The position numbers and the translations under genes were made by a program. The notes beneath the pieces were generated by a model that saw only the letters and a program-made list of their open reading frames with translations, did not search any database and had not been told where the DNA came from. A DNA stretch of 64,000 bases from Bacteroidaceae bacterium (lineage in GTDB: Bacteria; Bacteroidota; Bacteroidia; Bacteroidales; Bacteroidaceae). The stretch is taken from the NCBI GenBank assembly GCA_017416705.1, contig JAFQBG010000034.1, forward strand, positions 1,117 through 65,116, written 5' to 3'. Positions 57,327 to 64,000 of the stretch are shown piece after piece; position 1 is the stretch's first letter; every line of letters starts with the position of its first letter.

Positions 57327-58502
57327 TTATCTGTTTTTGTTCTTAAATTCTTTTATTGCCTTGTTCGTGTCCATGCGTTTACCGTTTTTGAATGCCACGA
57401 TAAATGCCTCTTTGAATTTTTTCGATAGTTCTTTGCGTTTTCTTGCTATTGCATTGTAGTCGGTCGATGCTCCGCATGTGTATTTATACACTCCGTTTTC
57501 TCTGTAATAGTCGGCTTTTATGCCTTTGAAACGCTTGTCGTTGCTTTTTAGTTTTTTTTGCGATGTTAATATCTGTACTTTGAATATAGGCGCGTTGCTG
57601 CTTGCCGCCGGTGCGGCCTCCTCCTCGTTGGCTTGTGTCTCCTGAACAGTCTGTGCCACATCGTTGCTCTGTGCCGCATTGTGGTTTCTTGCAGGTGTGT
57701 CGCTGTTGTCTATTTTGGTCTTTTTATAGTCCTCGTAGAATTGCGAGAACCCTTCGGCTATGCCCTTGGCAAGCGTCTGTTGTCCGTTCTTCGAGGCAAG
57801 AAAATTCTCCTCGGTGGGGTTCGATATAAATCCCAATTCCACCAATATGCTTGGCATGGCTGTTTGGTGCAGCACCAAGAATCCTGCCGACGATACACCG
57901 CGGTTGTTCAGCTTGCTTCGCGTAACCATTTTTCGTTGTATCTTCTCGGCGCACGATACGCTCTTTTCCATGTCGTGGCCTCGGAGCAACTCGAATAATA
58001 TATAGCTTTCGCTGGAACGCGGGTCGAATCCGTTATATACCTGTTCGAAGTTTTCCTCTTGCAATATCACCTCGTTCTCGTATTTTGCAGCGGCTTTTGC
58101 CTCGGCGTTGCTTCCTGCACCCAGCGTAAAAGTCTCGCAACCGCGTGCCTGACGGCTTTTCGATGCGTTGGTGTGTATGGATATGAAAAGGTCGGCTTTG
58201 GCGCGGTTGGCAATATTGGCGCGTTGCATCAGCGGAATATACACGTCGGTGGAGCGTGTGTATATGATTTTCACCTCGGGGTATTTCTCTTTTATGATAT
58301 TCCCGACGGCTTTCGATACATTCAGGTTGATGGTTTTTTCCTTGTTACCCCTGCGACCTATTGCTCCCGGGTCTTTTCCGCCGTGTCCGGGGTCGATGAC
58401 AAGCACAAATTGTTCTTTCTTTTTGTTTTGTGCCGATGCCTCATTTGGCATTGCCAACATGAGCGCAACAAAATATATTATGGCTTGCAACAGTCTTGTC
58501 AT
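57327..58502 (-). CDS. N-acetylmuramoyl-L-alanine amidase with C-terminal SPOR domain
   Basis: 391 aa with Amidase_3 motifs (IDPGHGGKDPGA, SIHTNA) and a C-terminal SPOR-like region (FKVQILTS...YKYTCGA). Confidence 0.85.
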   Translation of the reverse strand: MTRLLQAIIYFVALMLAMPNEASAQNKKKEQFVLVIDPGHGGKDPGAIGRRGNKEKTINLNVSKAVGNIIKEKYPEVKIIYTRSTDVYIPLMQRANIANRAKADLFISIHTNASKSRQARGCETFTLGAGSNAEAKAAAKYENEVILQEENFEQVYNGFDPRSSESYILFELLRGHDMEKSVSCAEKIQRKMVTRSKLNNRGVSSAGFLVLHQTAMPSILVELGFISNPTEENFLASKNGQQTLAKGIAEGFSQFYEDYKKTKIDNSDTPARNHNAAQSNDVAQTVQETQANEEEAAPAASSNAPIFKVQILTSQKKLKSNDKRFKGIKADYYRENGVYKYTCGASTDYNAIARKRKELSKKFKEAFIVAFKNGKRMDTNKAIKEFKNKNR

Positions 58503-58514
58503 CGTGTGTGCGGT

Positions 58515-59588
58515 TTATTTGTTGTTTATGTAGTTTACAATCCATGCGCCCACCTCGCTTGTTCCGCATGGTGTCATGCCCTCGGATTGTATGTCGGCTG
58601 TACATATATTTGCCTCCATCGAGGCGTTCACTGCTTCGCGTATCAGGCTTCCCTCCTGTGGCAGGGCAAATGCGTATTCAAACATCATGGCTGCCGACAA
58701 TATGGTTGCCAGCGGGTTGGCAATGTTCTGTCCTGCTGCTTGCGGCCACGACCCATGTATGGGCTCGAACAACGATGTGTGTCGGCCTATCGACGCCGAT
58801 GGCAGCAGCCCCAGCGAGCCTGTTATCACCGAGCCTTCGTCGGTGAGTATGTCGCCGAACATATTTTCCGTTACCAGCACGTCGAACGACGATGGCCATT
58901 GTATCAGACGCATTGCGGCATTGTCCACGAACATAAATTCTGTCTCCACGTCGGGGTATTGCGCGGCTATCTCCTTGGCTACTTCGCGCCACAGGCGCGA
59001 TGTGGCAAGCACGTTGGCCTTGTCCACGACGGTCACCTTCTTGCGGCGTTTCATGGCATATTCATAGGCAAGTGCCACTATGCGGGTTATCTCCTCGCGG
59101 GTGTACACGCATGTGTCGTATGCGGTGTTGCCGTCCTCGGAACGTCCTTGCGGCCTGCCAAAGTACAATCCTCCGGTGAGTTCGCGTATGCACATGAAGT
59201 CGGTGCCCTGTACTATGTCCTGCCTTAGCGGCGATTTATGAATGAGCGAGGGGAATGTGGTCACAGGGCGCAGATTGGCATATAATCCGAGTTTCTTGCG
59301 CATGGCTAAGAGCCCTTGCTCGGGGCGTACCTTCGCCGCGGGGTTGTTGTCGTAGCGCAAGTCGCCCACAGCGCCGAAAAGCACCGCGTCGCTGCGCATG
59401 CACAGTTCGTGTGTCTCGTCGGGGTAGGGGTTGCCTGTTGCGTCTATTGCGCATGCTCCCACAAGCCCCGTTTCGTAGTGGAGCGTGTGTCCGAATTTGT
59501 TACATACTGCCTTTGTTACCTCTAATGCTTGTGCTATTATCTCCGGGCCTATACCGTCTCCCGGCAACAGTGCTATTTTTATGTCCAT
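58515..59588 (-). CDS. leuB: 3-isopropylmalate dehydrogenase
   Basis: 357 aa with [10 protein letters not shown] and [25 protein letters not shown] motifs. Confidence 0.95.
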   Translation of the reverse strand: MDIKIALLPGDGIGPEIIAQALEVTKAVCNKFGHTLHYETGLVGACAIDATGNPYPDETHELCMRSDAVLFGAVGDLRYDNNPAAKVRPEQGLLAMRKKLGLYANLRPVTTFPSLIHKSPLRQDIVQGTDFMCIRELTGGLYFGRPQGRSEDGNTAYDTCVYTREEITRIVALAYEYAMKRRKKVTVVDKANVLATSRLWREVAKEIAAQYPDVETEFMFVDNAAMRLIQWPSSFDVLVTENMFGDILTDEGSVITGSLGLLPSASIGRHTSLFEPIHGSWPQAAGQNIANPLATILSAAMMFEYAFALPQEGSLIREAVNASMEANICTADIQSEGMTPCGTSEVGAWIVNYINNK

Positions 59589-59603
59589 ATATGTCTGTTG
59601 TTA

Positions 59604-59647
59604 TTTGCATTGAAAACTTTTGATATGTCAAAAGTTTTCAATGCAAA
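59604..59647. promoter_or_regulatory. 18-bp perfect inverted repeat (8-nt spacer) overlapping the leuB promoter box
   Basis: TTTGCATTGAAAACTTTT-GATATGTC-AAAAGTTTTCAATGCAAA. The left arm ends 15 nt from the leuB ATG, and the right arm overlaps the box at 59644-59651. Confidence 0.7.
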
Positions 59648-59651
59648 GATA
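59644..59651 (-). promoter_or_regulatory. -7 promoter box (TATCTTTG on minus strand) upstream of leuB
   Basis: CAAAGATA, 55 nt upstream of the leuB ATG, inside the leuD-leuB spacer. Confidence 0.45.
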
Positions 59652-59659
59652 GTAAGAAA

Positions 59660-59706
59660 CGAGCGAAAAATATGAAGTTTACCTCAATATTTTATGCAGT
59701 GGCAAT
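59660..59706 (-). repeat. dispersed promoter-associated module, copy D (diverged)
   Basis: CGAGCGAAAAATATGAAGTTTACCTCAATATTTTATGCAGTGGCAAT. It has the same 8-nt spacing to the box as copies A and B. The central palindrome is altered but retained. Confidence 0.8.
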
Positions 59707-59788
59707 GTGAATTTGTTTAAATTTCTAAAAATTATTTCCTTATGCAAACTGTCCGTTCCACCGTTTTTTATATTCGGGAATGGCTGTT

Positions 59789-60382
59789 CTATCCGTTTTT
59801 TTGCTCGTAATTTTCTATTTTATCCTTGTTGTCGAGCAGGAAATCGATGTCGTCGAGTCCGTTCATCAGGCAATGTTTCTTGTAGCCGTTTATCTCGAAC
59901 TGTTCGCTTGCTCCCGTTTTGTTGTTGGTTATGGTTTGTTCGGGCAGGTTCACCGTCACAGTGGTTTTGTTGTCCTCGGCTATACTGTGGAACAACGCTT
60001 GCAGAAACTCCTCGCTCACCACAACGGGCAGCACAAAATTGTTCAATTCGTTGTTCTTGTGTATGTCGGCAAAGAAACTCGACACTACCACTCTGAACCC
60101 ATAGTCGGCAATGGCCCATGCAGCGTGTTCGCGGCTCGAACCGCATCCGAAATTCTTGCCTGCCACCAATATGCACCCTTTGTATGCAGGGTTGTTCAGA
60201 ACAAAATCTTCTATTTTGTTGCCCTCCTTGTCGAAACGCCAATCGCGGAATAGGTTTTCTCCAAACCCCTCCCTTGTCGTGGCTTTAAGAAAACGTGCCG
60301 GCACAATCTGGTCGGTGTCTATGTTTTCCAACGGCAACGGTATGCAGCTGTCTGTAATTATATTGAATTTTTCTTTTTTCAT
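59789..60382 (-). CDS. leuD: 3-isopropylmalate dehydratase small subunit
   Basis: [33 protein letters not shown] is the conserved N-terminus. Start trimmed from 60577 to ATG 60382. Confidence 0.9.
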   Translation of the reverse strand: MKKEKFNIITDSCIPLPLENIDTDQIVPARFLKATTREGFGENLFRDWRFDKEGNKIEDFVLNNPAYKGCILVAGKNFGCGSSREHAAWAIADYGFRVVVSSFFADIHKNNELNNFVLPVVVSEEFLQALFHSIAEDNKTTVTVNLPEQTITNNKTGASEQFEINGYKKHCLMNGLDDIDFLLDNKDKIENYEQKNG

Positions 60383-60393
60383 CGTCGGTGCTT

Positions 60394-61788
60394 TTATAGT
60401 AGTTCGCGTGGGTCTGTTATGCAGCCTGTCACTGCGGCTGCGGCTGCCACATAGGGGCTTGCCAATATGGTACGTGCGCCGGGGCCTTGTCGTCCCTCGA
60501 AATTTCTGTTGCTTGTCGATATGCAATATTTTCCTGCGGGTACCTTGTCCTCGTTCATGGCAAGGCATGCCGAGCAACCGGGTTGTCGCAGTTCGAACCC
60601 TGCCTCGTGCAGAATTTTATCTATGCCCTCGGCAACTATTTGTCGTTGCACGCTCCACGAGCCGGGTACTATCCATGCTGTTATGCCGTCGGCCTTGCGT
60701 CGCCCTTTCACTATCTGTGCAAAGGCCCTGAAATCCTCTATACGTCCGTTTGTGCATGAACCCACAAAAACATAGTCCACAGGGTGGCCTAACAGCCTTT
60801 CTTGCGGTGCAAATCCCATGTATTCCAACGATTTGCAGAACGATGCCCTGCCTGCTTCGTCCATGCTGTCGGGGTGGGGTATCTGTTCTGTTATGCCCAT
60901 TCCCATTCCGGGGTTCGTTCCGTATGTTATACGTGGCTCGATATCCTTTGCGTGGAACGTATATTCCTTGTCGAATATGGCATCGTCGTCGCTATGCAGC
61001 GTTTTCCAGTGGGCAACGGCCTTGTCCCATGCCTCGCCCTTGGGTGCATACTCGCGTCCTTTTATATACTCGAATGTGGTGTCGTCGGGTGCCACCATGC
61101 CACCGCGAGCACCCATTTCAATCGACAGGTTGCACAGCGTCAGACGACTTTCCATGCTCATGGCGCGAACCACGCTGCCGGCATACTCCACAAAGTAGCC
61201 TGTCGCGCCGCTCGTTGTCATCTGCGACATTATGTACAGTGCTACATCCTTTGCAGTCACCCCCTTGCCAAGCGTGCCTTCGATGCTTATGCGCATGGCC
61301 TTGGGTTTTTGCTGCAAAATACATTGCGATGCCATCACCATGCCCACCTCGCTTGTGCCTATGCCAAATGCCACTGCACCCATGGCTCCATGTGTCGAAG
61401 TGTGCGAGTCGCCGCATACTATCGTCATGCCGGGCAGTGTCAGCCCGAGTTCGGGGCCCACAACGTGTATAATGCCGTTTTTGGGGTGCATCATGCCAAA
61501 CATCGTCAGTCCGAAATCGTTTGCATTGCGTGCGAGCGTCTCCACCTGCTTGCGCGACACCGGCTCCTTTATGGGCTTCTCCTGCTCCATGGTGGGTATG
61601 TTGTGGTCGGGCATGCAGAATATTTTTTCGGGGCGCAGACAGCCTATGCCTCGGCTGCGTAGCTCGTCGAAGGCTTGCGGCGTTGTCACCTCGTGGCAGT
61701 ATAGCCTGTCTATGTATAGCTGTGTGGGGCCGTCATCGATTTTTTGTACTATATGCGCGTCCCATATCTTGTCGAACAGAGTATTCAT
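60394..61788 (-). CDS. leuC: 3-isopropylmalate dehydratase large subunit
   Basis: 464-aa aconitase-family protein with cluster-ligand cysteines ([15 protein letters not shown]). Confidence 0.95.
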   Translation of the reverse strand: MNTLFDKIWDAHIVQKIDDGPTQLYIDRLYCHEVTTPQAFDELRSRGIGCLRPEKIFCMPDHNIPTMEQEKPIKEPVSRKQVETLARNANDFGLTMFGMMHPKNGIIHVVGPELGLTLPGMTIVCGDSHTSTHGAMGAVAFGIGTSEVGMVMASQCILQQKPKAMRISIEGTLGKGVTAKDVALYIMSQMTTSGATGYFVEYAGSVVRAMSMESRLTLCNLSIEMGARGGMVAPDDTTFEYIKGREYAPKGEAWDKAVAHWKTLHSDDDAIFDKEYTFHAKDIEPRITYGTNPGMGMGITEQIPHPDSMDEAGRASFCKSLEYMGFAPQERLLGHPVDYVFVGSCTNGRIEDFRAFAQIVKGRRKADGITAWIVPGSWSVQRQIVAEGIDKILHEAGFELRQPGCSACLAMNEDKVPAGKYCISTSNRNFEGRQGPGARTILASPYVAAAAAVTGCITDPRELL

Positions 61789-61791
61789 TTG

Positions 61792-63288
61792 TCAGTCTTG
61801 AAATTTGTTTATACAGTCAAGGTATGCCTCTACCGATGCGCTTACAATGTCGGTGTTGGCACCGAAACCATAATACACGTGGTTGTTATACTCCACCTGC
61901 ATGTGTACTTTACCCATATCGTCGCTGCCCTTGCTTATGGCCTGTATGGTAAATTCACGTAGCACCATGTCGCGGCGAATTATGTTTTTCAGAGCGTTTA
62001 TGGCGGCATCGACGGGGCCGTTACCGGTGGCTGCGCTCTCGAACAATTCGCCTGCTATGCGCAGTCCTATGCTTGCCACCGAGCGTATGTTAAGTCCGGT
62101 GGTCACTTGCAGATAATCCAGTTTTATACCCTTGTTGCTGCTGCGGTCGGCACCTGCAAGCACCAATATATCGTCGTCGTGTATCTCCTTTTTCTTGTCG
62201 GCCAAGCGCAGAAATTCTTGGTACACCTCGTTCAGTTTGTCGTCGTCCAACGTCACACCCAACACCGACAGGCGATATTTCAGTGCGGCGCGTCCGCTGC
62301 GTGCGGTCAGCACTATCGAGTTGTCGTCAATGCCCACATCCTTGGGGTTCATAATTTCGTATGTGCTTACGTCTTTCAGCACGCCGTCTTGGTGTATTCC
62401 CGACGAGTGTGCAAAGGCATTGCGTCCCACAATGGCCTTGTTGGGCTGCACCGGCATGTTCATCAGGCTCGAAATCATGCGGCTTGTGGGGTAAATCTTC
62501 TGTGTGTTTATATTTGTCTCTATGTTCAGCGTCGGGTGGCATTTGGTAATCATCACAATCTCCTCCAACGACGTGTTGCCGGCCCTCTCGCCAATACCGT
62601 TTATGGTCACTTCCACCTGTCGCGCACCGTTAATTACTCCGGCAAGCGTGTTTGCCGTTGCCATGCCCAAATCGTTGTGGCAGTGTGTCGAAATTATGGC
62701 ATTGTGAATACCATCGACATGCTCCATCAGGTACTTTATTTTCTTGCCATATTCGTCGGGCAGGCAATAGCCTGTGGTGTCGGGAATGTTCACGACGGTG
62801 GCTCCGGCTTTTATTACAGCCTCTACCACGCGTGCCAAATATTCGTTGTCGGTGCGTCCTGCATCCTCAGCATAGAATTCCACATCCTCGACATAGCGTT
62901 TTGCATACTTGACAGCCGAAACGGCGGTCTCTATTATTTTTTCGCGTGTGGAACGGAATTTATATTTTATGTGCGAATCCGATGTGCCCACACCGGTGTG
63001 TATTCGTTTGCGTTTGGCATATTTAAGGGCCTCGGCGGCAACGTCTATGTCTTTTTCCACAGCGCGGGTCAGTGCACATATAGTGGGCCATGTAACGGCT
63101 TTCGAAATCTCTATGACAGAGTTAAAATCGCCCGGGCTCGAAATGGGGAAGCCTGCTTCTATGCAGTCCACACCAAGTAGTTCCAATTGTTTTGCAACCT
63201 GAATTTTCTCAACTGTGTTCAATTGGCAACCCGGAACTTGTTCGCCGTCGCGTAGCGTGGTGTCAAAAATAAATAATCTGTCACTCAT
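61792..63288 (-). CDS. leuA: 2-isopropylmalate synthase
   Basis: 498 aa with [10 protein letters not shown] and [12 protein letters not shown] motifs and a C-terminal LeuA dimerisation/regulatory domain. Confidence 0.95.
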   Translation of the reverse strand: MSDRLFIFDTTLRDGEQVPGCQLNTVEKIQVAKQLELLGVDCIEAGFPISSPGDFNSVIEISKAVTWPTICALTRAVEKDIDVAAEALKYAKRKRIHTGVGTSDSHIKYKFRSTREKIIETAVSAVKYAKRYVEDVEFYAEDAGRTDNEYLARVVEAVIKAGATVVNIPDTTGYCLPDEYGKKIKYLMEHVDGIHNAIISTHCHNDLGMATANTLAGVINGARQVEVTINGIGERAGNTSLEEIVMITKCHPTLNIETNINTQKIYPTSRMISSLMNMPVQPNKAIVGRNAFAHSSGIHQDGVLKDVSTYEIMNPKDVGIDDNSIVLTARSGRAALKYRLSVLGVTLDDDKLNEVYQEFLRLADKKKEIHDDDILVLAGADRSSNKGIKLDYLQVTTGLNIRSVASIGLRIAGELFESAATGNGPVDAAINALKNIIRRDMVLREFTIQAISKGSDDMGKVHMQVEYNNHVYYGFGANTDIVSASVEAYLDCINKFQD

Positions 63289-63330
63289 GATAATATATTT
63301 TATTTGTTTCTATTTTTCTCTTTTTATTTT

Positions 63331-63683
63331 TTGTCAACTCCTTTTTGTCAACTCCCTCCGCAACGCGGAGCGTTGCTCGTCCCTCTTCAAAGAGGGACAA
63401 TTATTTTTGCTTAGTCTTTTATTTAGTTCTCCCTCGCCGGAGAGGGAGTGGCGGCAACGTAGTTGCTGACGAGGGAGTGGAAAACTACTTGCTATGTTTT
63501 TTTGTCAACTCCCTCCGCATTAGTCATTCGACTAATGCTCGTCCCTCTTCAAAGAGGGACAGTTTTATTGCTTAGTCTTTTATTTAGTTCTCCCTCGCCG
63601 GAGAGGGAGTGGCAGCAACGCAGTTGCTGACGAGGGAGTGGGGTATCTGCTTGCTATGCTTTTGTCAACTCCCTCCGCAACGC
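63331..63683. repeat. tandem 157-160-bp structured repeat array (2 full units plus partial units at both ends) upstream of leuA
   Basis: Units start with TTGTCAACTCC(CTCCGC) at 63345, 63502 and 63662 (partial), with an 11-nt fragment at 63331. Each unit contains four hairpins built largely from CCCTC/GAGGG segments. Confidence 0.9.
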
Positions 63684-63771
63684 TTTATTCTCTGCTCTCG
63701 TTTGCTATGCTGTTTTTTTAACTACGCCCTTTTTTGTAAACAAAAATCTTTTATAAAGGGTGTGTAGATTG

Positions 63772-63779
63772 CAAAAATA
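63772..63779 (-). promoter_or_regulatory. candidate -7 promoter box (TATTTTTG on minus strand) for the leu operon
   Basis: CAAAAATA preceded by TTG, so TATTTTTGCAA on the minus strand. It is the only CAAAnnTA match I found between the leuA ATG (63288) and 63973. Confidence 0.35.
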
Positions 63780-63973
63780 AATAAATTATTTATAAATCTC
63801 AACAATAATCATCTATTTGTGGTAAAATGGTGTGCAAAATAATTCTGTTTGCACTGCTTTTCTTTCTATTTACTCTTTTTTGTGCTTTCTGACTGTTGCC
63901 GATGTTTTTAGCCACCCTATTTTTTGCTCTGTTAAGAAGTTTTTGTAATTTCGCTGTCTCGTAAAAAAAGAAT

Positions 63974-64000
63974 ATGAAAAAAGTAGAACTGAATATTCCG
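63974..64000 (+). CDS. start of an unidentified ORF (MKKVELNIP...) running off the window
   Basis: ATG at 63974 preceded by an A-rich leader and a TAATTTCG variant box at 63946-63953. It is too short to identify. Confidence 0.25.

Noticed and set aside
58059-59228. 389-aa ORF on the plus strand overlapping the amidase and leuB genes
   Set aside because: It spans two independent genes on the opposite strand, with low-complexity Cys/Val/His-rich translation and no promoter box or motif. It is an antisense artefact.
62107-63180. 357-aa ORF on the plus strand, antisense to leuA
   Set aside because: Same reasoning as the other antisense ORFs. Several similar long ORFs are also rejected: 36358-37197, 27887-28594, 30558-31187, 45005-45796, 46424-47155, 48928-49761, 7956-8660, 9184-9903, 549-1307 and 60802-61662.
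63215-63575. Two plus-strand ORFs (84 and 76 aa) across the leuA-upstream repeats
   Set aside because: They arise from the repeat sequence itself, overlap each other in different frames, and have low-complexity translations with no start context.
63331-63683. Possible CRISPR array
   Set aside because: The repeat period is about 157-160 bp with no unique spacers between short repeats, and the units are directly abutting long repeats. There are no cas genes in the window.
63289-63779. Leader-peptide (Leu-codon) transcription attenuator or T-box for the leu operon
   Set aside because: The minus-strand leader contains only one ATG, giving a 7-codon ORF without leucine codons. I could not see a T-box conserved sequence or a specifier-loop arrangement.
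1-64000. Mobile elements, prophage, defence islands or secondary-metabolite clusters
   Set aside because: No transposase, integrase, recombinase, phage structural, restriction-modification, cas, toxin-antitoxin pair or biosynthetic megasynthase gene was recognised. Gene content and tight operon packing are those of a core chromosomal region.

Overview
The window looks like a core chromosomal segment of a Bacteroidales-type (Bacteroidota) genome. Supporting evidence: TAnnTTTG -7 promoter boxes 20-80 nt upstream of most genes, no Shine-Dalgarno signals, a T9SS-type C-terminal sorting domain, and typical gene content (DUF4834, GH3-family protein, pyruvate:ferredoxin oxidoreductase, methylmalonyl-CoA mutase, ExbBD). 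I call about 58 protein genes, almost all housekeeping. They include trxA (partial), dnaE, psd-pssA, tadA, birA, pyrH, rpmH, ridA-ilvA, cdd, ruvC, topB, mutAB, mnmA, xseAB, ilvE, trmB, apbC, thiL, lpxK, exbB-exbD-exbD, folA-thyA, dsbD, nifJ and leuABCD. There is one tRNA-Ser(GGA). Two genes absent from the ORF track were recovered by hand translation: rpmH (54 aa) and the truncated trxA. Several ORF-track starts were trimmed to conserved N-termini. I see no transposase, integrase, phage gene, CRISPR array or recognisable defence island, and no convincing novel protein-encoded system. The unusual signals are non-coding. First, a roughly 50-nt palindromic core is flanked at fixed spacing by promoter-type boxes. 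It occurs four times (dnaE x2 as a perfect 67-bp tandem, pyrH, leuB), plus a partial copy at thyA, and always points toward the downstream gene. Second, the leu operon carries a 157-160-bp tandem repeat array of CCCTC/GAGGG hairpins upstream of leuA, in which one hairpin is replaced by an unrelated hairpin between copies. It also carries an 18-bp perfect inverted repeat over the leuB promoter box. All functional calls rest on motif recognition by eye, with no database searches. Coordinates of non-coding features were counted by hand from the numbered sequence.
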